Assembly: GCA_963841735.1 (NCBI GenBank)
Contig: CAWJDT010000001.1
Location: 992,001 to 1,056,000, forward strand
Length of the DNA stretch: 64,000 nucleotides
Origin: an uncultured Actinomycetes bacterium
Lineage (GTDB): Bacteria; Actinomycetota; Thermoleophilia; RBG-16-64-13
Direction: 5' to 3'
Notes under the pieces: generated by a model
What the model saw: the letters and a program-made list of their open reading frames with translations, nothing else
The model's database searches: none
Told to the model about the DNA's origin: nothing
Program-made: the position numbers and the translations under genes
Part shown: positions 38,470-49,319 of the stretch, in pieces
Layout of the letters: each line of letters opens with the position of its first letter
How positions within the stretch are numbered: position 1 is the first letter of the stretch

Positions 38470-40362
38470 TCAGGCCCCCTGGCTCGGGCGGAACTGGGTC
38501 TCGTAGAGTTCCGAATACAGACCCCCTGTATCGATCAACTCCTGGTGCCGGCCACGTTCCACGATGCGGCCCTCGGCGATGACCAGTATCTGGTCGGCGT
38601 CCATGACCGTCGAAAGCCGGTGGGCGATTACGAGAGACGTGCGCCCAGCCAGGGCGGTCTTAAGGGCCCCCTGCAGGGCGGCCTCCGATTCTGAGTCCAG
38701 ATGCGCGGTGGCCTCGTCCAGCACGACCACGTCCGGCGCCTTGAGTAGCAGGCGGGCGATGGCCATGCGCTGTTTCTCCCCGCCGGAAAGCCGGTAGCCG
38801 CGATCTCCCACGATGGTGCTCAGGCCGTCGGACAGGGTTTCGACGAAGGGCAGTATCTGGGCGGCGGCCAGGGCCTCCCACAGTTCCTCGTCGGTGGCGC
38901 CTGGTTTGGCATAGAGGAGGTTGGCGCGGATGCTGTCGTGGAACATGTGGGCATCCTGGGTCACCACGCCGACCACGGCGTGCAGCGATTCAGAGGTCGC
39001 GTCGCGGACATCCACGCCGGAGATACGCACGGTGCCCTCACGCACGTCGTATAGACGGGGCACGAGCTGGCTGATGGTGGTCTTGCCGGCGCCCGATGGG
39101 CCCACCAGGGCGATCAACTGCCCGGGCTCGGCCCTGAAAGAGACATCGGAGAGCACACCCTTGCCGGCATTCACATGGCTGCGCACGGCCACCGATTCCA
39201 GTGAGGCCAGGGAGACCTCCTCAGCGGTCGGGTAGCTGAAGGACACATGTTCGAACTCGATGGCGGCAGGCCCGCGAGGAATGGCCACAGCAGAGGATTT
39301 TTCGGCCACCGAGGGTTTGAGGTCCAACACCTCGAAGACACGCTCGAAAGAGACAAGAGCGGTCATGATGGTCGCATGCACGTTCGAGAGACCTGTAAGC
39401 GGCCCATACAGCCGGCCAAGGTAGGCGGTGAGGGCGACGAGCGTTCCCACGTCCAGTGCTCCGTTGATGGTGAGCACTCCGCCCCATCCGTAGACCAGGG
39501 CCGTGGCCAGAGACGCGGTGAGCATTAAAGAGATGAAGAAGATCCGCGAGTACATCATCTGAGTCACGCCTATGTCGCGCACTCGGCTGGCTTTGGCGGA
39601 GAAGTCGTCAGCCTCTTCGGACGGTCTGCCGAAGAGTTTCACCAGCAACGCCCCCGCTACGTTGAAGCGCTCGACCATGATGGTGTTCATGTCTGCGCTC
39701 AGGTTGTATTTCTCGCGCACGATGCGCTGAAGGCGACGCCCCAGCCGGCGCGCGGGCAGAACGAACAAGGGGAGGAGAACGAGCGCGAGCAGCGTGAGTT
39801 TCCAAGAGAGCACGAACATGGCCGACAAGACCAGGGTGACGCTGATGAGATTGCCTACCACCGTTGAAAGGACGTCGGTGAACGCCTGCTGAGCCCCGGT
39901 AACGTCGTTGTTCAGGCGACTCACCAGTGATCCTGTTTGCGCGCGGGTGAAGAAGGCAATGGGCATGCGCTGTACGTGGGCGAAGATCTTCGTCCGGAGG
40001 TCGCAGACCAGGCCCTCTCCCACCTTGGCCCCCACGTAGCGCTCAGCGAGAGTACAGATGGCGTCTAGGATGGCGAGGCCGGCCACCAGCACCGCGAGCG
40101 AGATGACCAGGCCCGCTCGGTTCCCGATGATACCGCGGTTGATGATCTCCTTGTATATGAGGGGGTTGGCTGCACCGATGACCCCGGTCACTGTCACCAG
40201 GCCGAGAAAGAGCAGAAGCAGTCGCTTGTAGGGCGCGGCAAAACGGAAGATGCGCCTGGTCGTCCCGCGGGCTACCTTCAGGCCCCGGACGTCCTCGCCT
40301 CCACGTATCACACGCCCGAGCGGTCCTCCCCCCCCGCCATCGCCCCCGCCCCCGCCCCGCAT
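38470..40362 (-). CDS. ABC exporter, fused permease and ATPase (multidrug type)
   Basis: Six-TM domain followed by GPSGAGKT, LSGGEKQR, LDEATAHLD and IAHRLST. Confidence 0.93.
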   Translation of the reverse strand: MRGGGGGDGGGGGPLGRVIRGGEDVRGLKVARGTTRRIFRFAAPYKRLLLLFLGLVTVTGVIGAANPLIYKEIINRGIIGNRAGLVISLAVLVAGLAILDAICTLAERYVGAKVGEGLVCDLRTKIFAHVQRMPIAFFTRAQTGSLVSRLNNDVTGAQQAFTDVLSTVVGNLISVTLVLSAMFVLSWKLTLLALVLLPLFVLPARRLGRRLQRIVREKYNLSADMNTIMVERFNVAGALLVKLFGRPSEEADDFSAKASRVRDIGVTQMMYSRIFFISLMLTASLATALVYGWGGVLTINGALDVGTLVALTAYLGRLYGPLTGLSNVHATIMTALVSFERVFEVLDLKPSVAEKSSAVAIPRGPAAIEFEHVSFSYPTAEEVSLASLESVAVRSHVNAGKGVLSDVSFRAEPGQLIALVGPSGAGKTTISQLVPRLYDVREGTVRISGVDVRDATSESLHAVVGVVTQDAHMFHDSIRANLLYAKPGATDEELWEALAAAQILPFVETLSDGLSTIVGDRGYRLSGGEKQRMAIARLLLKAPDVVVLDEATAHLDSESEAALQGALKTALAGRTSLVIAHRLSTVMDADQILVIAEGRIVERGRHQELIDTGGLYSELYETQFRPSQGA

Positions 40363-40802
40363 CAGGCCTCCTCGGTGATGGAGCGAAGCAGCCGAACGAG
40401 TTCGGCCCTGTCTGCGGCCGAGAGCGGGGCGAACAGCGCCTCAGCGGCGGCGCTCCGCTCGGCTTTGAAACGCGTGATAAGATCCCGGCCCTTCTGGGTG
40501 GGCGTTACAAGGATGGAACGGCGATCGGTGGGGTCCATGGTCCGGGCGACCAAGCCGTTGTCCTCGAGGCCGTCAACCTTGGTGGTGGCCGAGCGGGGGA
40601 CTATCTCCAGAAGTTCGGCCAGATCGCCGATGCGCATCGTGCCGGCGTCCACCAGAATGCGTAGTGCCCTCGCCTGGGCGTGTGTAAGCCCAAAAGGCTC
40701 CATCTCCCGGCGCCCGTTCTTCTTGAGGCGATGTGAGGCCCGAGCCAGGAGCTCGGCGAGCTCGGCGCGGATGTCTTGCGGGGAATGATGCGTTTCTTTC
40801 AT
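40362..40802 (-). CDS. MarR family transcriptional regulator
   Basis: GLTHAQ, DLAELL, LEDNGLV.R..DPTDRRS and TQKG motifs. The stop overlaps the ABC start. Confidence 0.92.
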   Translation of the reverse strand: MKETHHSPQDIRAELAELLARASHRLKKNGRREMEPFGLTHAQARALRILVDAGTMRIGDLAELLEIVPRSATTKVDGLEDNGLVARTMDPTDRRSILVTPTQKGRDLITRFKAERSAAAEALFAPLSAADRAELVRLLRSITEEA

Positions 40803-41053
40803 ATGTCTGGGTCCTCTTCGTTTGCGCGCATGTCGAGCGGCTCGTAGATCGAGCGAGTAATGTTCAGCAGTTTACGGAGCATAACACATTATGAGGCTAC
40901 CTCCGTATGTGTGTGGGTTCTCCCTATGCGAAGGTCGCGGGTCCTGACCAGTGGATGGGAGCAGTTGGTTAGGGTAAACCCTGCCGACGAGCGGTAACCA
41001 ACAGAGGAGCGTTCTGTCATAGTATCGGGATGGGTCAAGGAAACTGGGGAGCT

Positions 41054-42184
41054 ATGAACGAAGCCACACAATCTGAACGCGTGGAGTACCTAGACATATT
41101 GAGAGCGCTTTCGATGCTCTCAGTGGTCTTTCTGCACACGGAGGCGGGCAATCTCTGGGCCAATTATGGGTCTGCCGTGTGGCATGTATCCAATGTGCTT
41201 GTTGCGGTCATGAATACCAGCGTGCCGATCTTCTTCATGATATCCGGCGCGATGTTGCTGGACAGTCCTAAGACGCTTGAGCTTGGCTACACCTTGAAGC
41301 GGAGAGTGCCCAGAGTGCTCGTGCCCTTTGTTCTCTGGTCGTTGATCTACGTTGCCTACTACCTCGCGGTGAGTTGGAAGATGAATGGCAGCCCCGACAT
41401 TTCCGCCGCCATCGACAGACTCAAGTACTTCCCGTCTCGGCCGACCTCGGGGCACCTGTGGTTCATGTATGCGCTAATCCCCTTGTATATCCTGTCGCCC
41501 CTGATAAAGAAGATGACGGATTCTCTTGACCGCAGGCTGATCATTTACCTGGCTGCCATCTGGGTGTTCTTTTCCTCCCTGTTGCCCACGTTGGCGGCTC
41601 TACTCCCCGAGGCCTACCGTCCCTTCGTCGTTCTGAACCGTTCATACGACCTGTTCTTCCTGGCAGGCTATGCGGGGTACTTCATCATCGGTCACTACAT
41701 GGTGAAGGCTACCTGGCGAGTGCCCAGGAAGCTGTTGGTCGCGGTGATCGTGGTGGATACGGCCGTCATATCCCTGGGTACTTGGTGGAAGGCCGAATCG
41801 ACAGGAGCCTACTCAGAGGCGTTCACGATCTACGAGGGGGTCTTCACCCTCATACTTACCATGGCCATCTTCTTGTTGTTCAAGGATATGAGGGCCGACC
41901 GCACACTGGGCAGGGTCGCCGGGCCTGTGCTGAGGTTCATAGTGCCGCTGACCTTCGGCGTCTATCTGATGCACCGCTTGGTTGTCGACACGCTCTCAAA
42001 GGTCTTTCACTGGTGGCCCATGGAATCGGTGTGGATGGTGTTCGGCAATTACTTCTTCGTTCTTGGCATATGCGTGCCGTTCATATTCGTGCTCCGAGTC
42101 ATCAAGCCGCTCTGTTGGGCGTTCACAGGGCAGAGATACCAGAGCCTGCGCGGTGGGCGGCGCAATGGCGCGGACCAGCCGTAG
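41054..42184 (+). CDS. Acyltransferase family 3 (WecH-like O-acetyltransferase), copy 2
   Basis: Same motifs as copy 1 and colinear with it over the full length. Confidence 0.9.
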   Translation: MNEATQSERVEYLDILRALSMLSVVFLHTEAGNLWANYGSAVWHVSNVLVAVMNTSVPIFFMISGAMLLDSPKTLELGYTLKRRVPRVLVPFVLWSLIYVAYYLAVSWKMNGSPDISAAIDRLKYFPSRPTSGHLWFMYALIPLYILSPLIKKMTDSLDRRLIIYLAAIWVFFSSLLPTLAALLPEAYRPFVVLNRSYDLFFLAGYAGYFIIGHYMVKATWRVPRKLLVAVIVVDTAVISLGTWWKAESTGAYSEAFTIYEGVFTLILTMAIFLLFKDMRADRTLGRVAGPVLRFIVPLTFGVYLMHRLVVDTLSKVFHWWPMESVWMVFGNYFFVLGICVPFIFVLRVIKPLCWAFTGQRYQSLRGGRRNGADQP

Positions 42185-42287
42185 GGACGGGCTAGACATC
42201 TTGAAAGACGAGCGAAGCAGGTCTCCCGGCTCCGGGTGACACCAGGAGCTGAGGCTCAATGGTGCCGCCCGGTTTCCCCGCGGACTT

Positions 42288-42617
42288 CTACTTGCGCGTG
42301 AGGGTCTGTTTGTCGCCTTCTGGGCTGGTGAAGGTGAGCTTGTCACCGGCGACTTCGTAGCCCATGCTCTCGGGGAAGCCCCCTCCTGGGACTCCAGTGA
42401 TAAAGACCTTGCCGTCTCTTGTGGAGTAGGTGGCCTCCGCCTTATCGCCCGCAAAGTCGATGACGAAGGCGCCGTCGGAGGTGAACGTGAACTCCGTCCC
42501 GGAGCTGTCGCTCCAACTGCCGACGATGTCGCCCCCTCCGCCGCACGCTGCCAACAACAGCGCCAGGGCCGAGACCAGGCAGGCAGTCACCACCAGGGGC
42601 ATCCAAGATCTTTTCAT
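42288..42617 (-). CDS. Small lipoprotein of unknown function
   Basis: MKR plus a hydrophobic stretch, LAAC lipobox and an IVGSW..FTFTSDG beta-rich domain. Confidence 0.75.
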   Translation of the reverse strand: MKRSWMPLVVTACLVSALALLLAACGGGGDIVGSWSDSSGTEFTFTSDGAFVIDFAGDKAEATYSTRDGKVFITGVPGGGFPESMGYEVAGDKLTFTSPEGDKQTLTRK

Positions 42618-42699
42618 GCCAAACTTTCCCCTTGTTCTGTTTAAGTGGAGCACGCGAAGCTTACCAGGCCGGACGCGACGCACAGGCAAGGAGGAACGG

Positions 42700-43305
42700 G
42701 TGGCTGCGAAGCAAGAGATTGGAAGGGGCTACGGTCGACTCGACCGTGAGGAAGTGCGCCGCCGGCTGCGCGAAACCTGCTCGGCGGTAGATCTTAGCCT
42801 GCCCTCGCCCGAGCCCGGCACGCCTGCGGGGGTGCTCATAGGGCTACTCGGGCATCCTGGTGACCCACACGTCATCCTAACCCGCCGCACCGCGCATCTG
42901 AAGAATCACGCCGCTGAGATCAGCCTTCCTGGGGGGCGGATAGAGGCTGGCGACGCCGGACCGGAGGCGGCCGCCCTGCGGGAGGCCTTTGAGGAGATCG
43001 GGCTGCCCTCCGATAGGGTGGACGTACTCGGCTGCCTTCCTCCGTCTCTGACGGTGTCTCAGTTTCGGGTATATCCGTTTGTGGGCTGGATCGAGCCGCC
43101 GCTGGACTACGTCATCGACGCATATGAGGTTGAGGAGGTCTTCGAGATCCCGCTCAGCTTCGTCCTCGAGCAGGCCAACCACCACTGGGACGAGGCCGTG
43201 TTTGCCGGCCGGCGACATGGGTTCTACGTGCTTGACTATGCGGACCACCGCATCTGGGGAGCCACCGCCGGCATCTTGGTCAACCTAGCCGAGGCCCTAC
43301 GCTAG
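42700..43305 (+). CDS. Nudix hydrolase, CoA pyrophosphatase type
   Basis: LTRR..HLKNH..ISLPGG, AALREAFEEIG Nudix box and IWGATAGIL. Confidence 0.9.
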   Translation: MAAKQEIGRGYGRLDREEVRRRLRETCSAVDLSLPSPEPGTPAGVLIGLLGHPGDPHVILTRRTAHLKNHAAEISLPGGRIEAGDAGPEAAALREAFEEIGLPSDRVDVLGCLPPSLTVSQFRVYPFVGWIEPPLDYVIDAYEVEEVFEIPLSFVLEQANHHWDEAVFAGRRHGFYVLDYADHRIWGATAGILVNLAEALR

Positions 43306-43309
43306 ATGA

Positions 43310-43331
43310 GCGCGCGGCCCAGGCCGCGCGC
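43310..43331. terminator. Hairpin between convergent genes
   Basis: GCGCGCGGCC-CA-GGCCGCGCGC inverted repeat. Confidence 0.45.
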
Positions 43332-43391
43332 GGGGCGGTAGCGGGGGCCAGGCTTGCCGCCCCGCTGGCCAGTGGCTCCGTACTGCGGGGT

Positions 43392-44984
43392 CTACGGGGA
43401 GGCCACGCCGAGATAGGTCCGGACATCGCTCACTTCGAACCCATATTGGGTGGCCAGGTCGCTCAGCGTCGAACCGAGGGACGTGTCGGCGGGGATCCCG
43501 AACTCCTCTAGGAAGGCGGCGAAGTCGTCCACCACAGCCTGGATCTCTCCCAGGGTGGTCTTGCCTTTGATCTCCGCGGTCGCTCCCGAAGAGGACCCTT
43601 CGTCCCCAGCGGGCACGGTGCTGGTTGTTGTGGCAGGCTGGCCGCCGTCGGTCGTGACGGTGGGCTCCTCCCCGAGGCCGACTCCTGTGAGCAGATACAG
43701 TCCGGCACCAGGGGGGCCGTCGCGTAGTAGGTCTCTGAGTGTCGCCGTACCGGGGAGTCCGGTGGAAGCCATGACTTCAGCCAACCGGTCCGCAGGCACA
43801 CCTGCCAGGCCCAATGTGTCCAGGGGTTCGTCGATATAGCGGGCGATATCGCGCAAGACCTCCGGTTCGATGTTGTTCTCCAGGCTTTTGAGTTGGGTGG
43901 ATGCGGCCAGGTCGGGAGCGAGACCCAGACCGTTGTAGAGCTCCTGTTTGGTGATGCCGTAGTTCTTGATGACCTCTTCGAGGGTCGTGGAACCCTTGAT
44001 GTCATCGGGGGTGCGGAAGTCACTCTTCTTGGTGGTCTGGAAGTCTCCCGTTATGTTCGTGATGAGGATAGGCAGCACGAAGGCGGCGATGGCGATAGCG
44101 GCAAAAACTGCCATGGGTACAGAGCGCCGGCGGCTTCCGCCAGTGGCGCTCGTTGCCCACCGCCGCCGCGTCCATACGTACAACCAGGTGTGTAGCTTAA
44201 GGGTGTCGCGGTCTCTCGTGTTCTGTGGGCAGGCGTCGACGCACTTGAGGCATCGGGTGCACTCGATGCTGCGTACCGCCGGGCTTGTCGCCACTTCGAT
44301 GTTGACCGGGCAGACCTTTGAGCAGCGGCCGCAGTCGGTACAGGTCTCGGCGTCTCGTTTGATGCCCATGATAGAGAACGAGTTGAAGAGCCCGTTGAAG
44401 GCGCCCAGGGGGCAGGCATAGCGGCTAAAGGGGCGGGGGATGAACAGCGCCGCGAGCAGGGTGACGCCGGTGACCACATAACCCGAGATGGCGATCTCAT
44501 CGGTCCAGATGCGATAGAGGTTCCAGTAGGGGTCCCAGTCTTGAAAGACGAGGGTGACGCTGCGCGCGGTCTGTACCAGCACCCAGGCAAGCACGGCCCA
44601 CTTGAGGTACTGGAGAAACCGCTCGACCCGGCGCGGTACTCTGTTGTACAAACGCGGCCAGAGCCTGCGGCCGATGCCGCCGAGTCCCTCCTGCACCGAC
44701 CCAAGCGGGCAGATCCATCCGCAGAACGATTTCCCTGTGATCACCAACCCTATGAGCAAGGCCAGCAGCATGATGAACACTGCTGAGTGCAACTTGGCGA
44801 CATATCCGCCGGTCGAGAAATAAGTGTACAAATTGACCACGCCACCGAACGGGCAGATGGTGTGGAGATTGGTAGACCATGCTGTGCCCACGGTGGTCGC
44901 GATGGCCACAACCAGCACATAAGCGGCGATCGCCGCCTGCACGCTGTGACGGAGGATCTGTATGGGTGGCGGTTTTCTGGCCAT
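43392..44984 (-). CDS. NapH/MauN-like membrane 4Fe-4S binding protein with repeated C-terminal domain
   Basis: ICPFGG, FCGWICPLG, PFSRYACPLG, CTDCGRCSKVCP and CTRCLKCVDACP motifs. GAGGAG RBS precedes ATG 44984. Confidence 0.88.
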   Translation of the reverse strand: MARKPPPIQILRHSVQAAIAAYVLVVAIATTVGTAWSTNLHTICPFGGVVNLYTYFSTGGYVAKLHSAVFIMLLALLIGLVITGKSFCGWICPLGSVQEGLGGIGRRLWPRLYNRVPRRVERFLQYLKWAVLAWVLVQTARSVTLVFQDWDPYWNLYRIWTDEIAISGYVVTGVTLLAALFIPRPFSRYACPLGAFNGLFNSFSIMGIKRDAETCTDCGRCSKVCPVNIEVATSPAVRSIECTRCLKCVDACPQNTRDRDTLKLHTWLYVWTRRRWATSATGGSRRRSVPMAVFAAIAIAAFVLPILITNITGDFQTTKKSDFRTPDDIKGSTTLEEVIKNYGITKQELYNGLGLAPDLAASTQLKSLENNIEPEVLRDIARYIDEPLDTLGLAGVPADRLAEVMASTGLPGTATLRDLLRDGPPGAGLYLLTGVGLGEEPTVTTDGGQPATTTSTVPAGDEGSSSGATAEIKGKTTLGEIQAVVDDFAAFLEEFGIPADTSLGSTLSDLATQYGFEVSDVRTYLGVASP

Positions 44985-45008
44985 TCTCACTCCTCGATGC
45001 GGTTTAGC

Positions 45009-45815
45009 CTACCCGGCCAGCGTGGCCGCGAATACCTGCCAGGCTAGGAGCGCCTTGGCGGTGAGGCTCAGGATGATGTAGATCTTCTCGCCAAAGAGAT
45101 AATCGCGCCAACGGCCCACCTGTTTGTACTGCAGCACCATGTTGACGGCGAAGATGTTGAAGAACACAAAGAGCGACGCGATGATGCCGTACACGAACCC
45201 GGGCGGATTTGCTCCGCTGAGCCCCGGGCTGACGACATAGACCACCACGGCGATCCACGGGATGATGCCGGCGAAGCAGCCGAACAAGAAGGGCAGCCAA
45301 TTCGGGTTGCCCGGCCTCTCGTACTTCTCCATGAGGAGCCCGAACAAGATCATGCTGGCGTTCACGCCGAAGATCGCCAGCAAGGCCGCGATGTCGCTAA
45401 CGCCGCAGATCATGACGATGAGCACGATCATGAGTGAAGACGTTATGGAGTACTCGATCCACCGTCCGTAGTTGCGCTTCTGCAGCAGGTTGCGCTTGTA
45501 CCAGCCGAACACGCCGGGAGAGGCCATGATGAGCAGGGCCAGACCCGACAGGGCCAGGAAGGCGAACACACCCCAGGCCAGCGGGAAGTCGCCCAACTTG
45601 GTCGGCGCGCCGACCGGCGTTCCCGGAGGGCCGGTCATGAAGTTGCCCACCACCGGCAGGCTGAAGTCGGTGGAGAGGACCGCGATCACCGCAGCCTGGG
45701 CCAGCAAGACCGCGCCCACCACGGTGTTCCACCAGCGCAGTTTGCGCAGGCGCCTCTCCATATCCCCGTTGCTCGTGAGCTCTTTCAGCTCTACGGTGCT
45801 CTCTGTCGCTGACAT
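45009..45815 (-). CDS. heR: Heliorhodopsin (268 aa)
   Basis: GPPG, N..RWIEYSITSS, FGVNASMILFG, PGFVY and GE..YIILSLTAKALLAWQ (retinal Lys254). AGGAGG RBS precedes ATG 45815. Confidence 0.95.
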   Translation of the reverse strand: MSATESTVELKELTSNGDMERRLRKLRWWNTVVGAVLLAQAAVIAVLSTDFSLPVVGNFMTGPPGTPVGAPTKLGDFPLAWGVFAFLALSGLALLIMASPGVFGWYKRNLLQKRNYGRWIEYSITSSLMIVLIVMICGVSDIAALLAIFGVNASMILFGLLMEKYERPGNPNWLPFLFGCFAGIIPWIAVVVYVVSPGLSGANPPGFVYGIIASLFVFFNIFAVNMVLQYKQVGRWRDYLFGEKIYIILSLTAKALLAWQVFAATLAG

Positions 45816-45840
45816 GGCCCTCCTCCTGTGTTGTGTTTTC

Positions 45841-47826
<1,986 letters not shown>

Positions 47827-47959
47827 AGTGGTGCGCTCGCTTGCTCGATTGGGGTGCTCGTCGGTGGAGATGGCAGAATCGTACTCTCGACATGTTTACC
47901 TTGCCACCGGTCGAGCTAAACAGAGCCGATGGGTCTTCGTAGGGGAAGAACGGGGAAAG

Positions 47960-48691
47960 ATGAACCCGCAAGACAGAGATGGCAGAGGTCAAGTGGGCGG
48001 GATGCAGGCGGAAGCACTACCACGACAGGCGGCCTGGCTGGACCTCGGTACCGAGGAGTACGGTCGGGCCTATGCTATCCAAACGAAGCTGCACACTCTA
48101 CGACTGGCCAGGGCGATCCCCGATAGCGCGGTGGTGCTCGAGCACGCTCCCTGCATCACCCTTGGCCGGGCTGCGCATCGCGAGCACATCCTCGCCGGCC
48201 GGGAGCAATTTGAGGCCGCGGGGGTTGCCGTGTACAACACCGATCGGGGAGGCGATGTCACCTACCATGGCCCGGGGCAGCTCGTCGTGTATGCCTTTGT
48301 CGATCTCACCGGCTACGGCAAGGACGTGCACGCTCACGCTCGCCGCCTAGAACAGCTGCTCATCGACGTGCTGGGATCCTACGGAGTCGAGGCGGGTAGG
48401 AAGAGCGAGTATCCCGGGGTCTGGACCGATGAGGGCAAGATCGGGGCCATCGGCATCAAGGTGAAGCGCTGGGTCACGTTGCACGGCGTGTCACTCAACG
48501 TTTCACCCGATATGAGTCACTTCGGGCTGATCGTGCCCTGTGGCATCGATGACCACCCGGTTACCTCGCTTGCCCGGCTATTGGGGCATCCTGTGGAGAT
48601 CGCCGAGGTCAAGCGGGGTCTGAGGAAAGCGTTCGAGCGCGTCTTCGGCGTCAGACTGGTCGATGTCGAAAGGGCTGCGCTGGGGCTGTAG
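47960..48691 (+). CDS. lipB: Lipoyl(octanoyl) transferase
   Basis: LEH, TDRGGDVTYHGPGQLV, KIGAIG, HGVSLN and IVPCG motifs. Confidence 0.93.
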   Translation: MNPQDRDGRGQVGGMQAEALPRQAAWLDLGTEEYGRAYAIQTKLHTLRLARAIPDSAVVLEHAPCITLGRAAHREHILAGREQFEAAGVAVYNTDRGGDVTYHGPGQLVVYAFVDLTGYGKDVHAHARRLEQLLIDVLGSYGVEAGRKSEYPGVWTDEGKIGAIGIKVKRWVTLHGVSLNVSPDMSHFGLIVPCGIDDHPVTSLARLLGHPVEIAEVKRGLRKAFERVFGVRLVDVERAALGL

Positions 48692-48703
48692 GGCGCGTGC
48701 CGG

Positions 48704-49177
48704 CTAGAGAGCCAGCTCGGAGGTCTCGGCCACGTCCGCGGCCACGTCCGCGGCCACTCCCGTGGCTACGCCCCCGGCCACTCCCGCGAGGTCGCCGATG
48801 GTGGCGCTACGGAACAGATCTTCGAGAAGGTCGGTGGCTCTCTGCCACAGAGGCCGCGTTGGGCAGGTGGCCGCTCGATCACAACCGTCTATGGTCTTAC
48901 AGGGTGCGGGCATCAGTTCGCCTTCTACGGCCTGCAGGACTTCTAGCACGCTGATTGCCTCCGCCTGACGGGCCAAGCTGAAACCGCCGCCCCTTCCGCG
49001 GTGGCTTCTCACCAGTCCCGCTAGTCGGAGGGCCATCAAGAGTTGCTGGGCGTAGGCGGGGGATATGCTCTCGGTCTCTCCGATCTGGTACTTCGTCAAG
49101 GAACCCTGGCCGGCCTGCGCAGCCAGAAGGACCATGATCCTGGTGGCGTACCTTCCCTTGGTCGAGATAGCCATCAT
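48704..49177 (-). CDS. Rrf2 family regulator (IscR/CymR-like, three Cys)
   Basis: ISTKGRYA, SHRGRGGGF and a C-x5-C-x5-C motif (PCKTIDGCDRAATC). Confidence 0.9.
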   Translation of the reverse strand: MMAISTKGRYATRIMVLLAAQAGQGSLTKYQIGETESISPAYAQQLLMALRLAGLVRSHRGRGGGFSLARQAEAISVLEVLQAVEGELMPAPCKTIDGCDRAATCPTRPLWQRATDLLEDLFRSATIGDLAGVAGGVATGVAADVAADVAETSELAL

Positions 49178-49205
49178 GAAGGTCGTCCCCCCCGGTCAAA
49201 CACTA

Positions 49206-49272
49206 TTGACATACTCATCTTAGTCATGTATACATCCTATCACACACATATCCACAAGGTTAGCAATGTCAA
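49206..49272. promoter_or_regulatory. Divergent promoter region with candidate operator
   Basis: AT-rich segment with TTGACAT (49206) and ATGTCAA (49266) facing each other and the palindrome ATGTATACAT at 49226-49235. Confidence 0.55.
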
Positions 49273-49319
49273 GCGGAGCCCAGTGACACAATCCGACTCG
49301 AGCAGTCAGGAGGTCGATC

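Noticed and set aside
40960-41005. c-di-GMP-I riboswitch suggested by GGGTAAACC
   Set aside because: The GAAA tetraloop stem and the GACGCAAAGC segment are missing.
37300-42184. Composite transposon around marR-ABC
   Set aside because: The flanking repeats are acyltransferase genes. I saw no transposase, integrase, terminal inverted repeats or target-site duplication.
48729-48785. 12-bp imperfect tandem repeat (GGCCACGTCCGC-like)
   Set aside because: It only encodes a low-complexity VAxx tail of the Rrf2 protein, with no evidence of a separate element.
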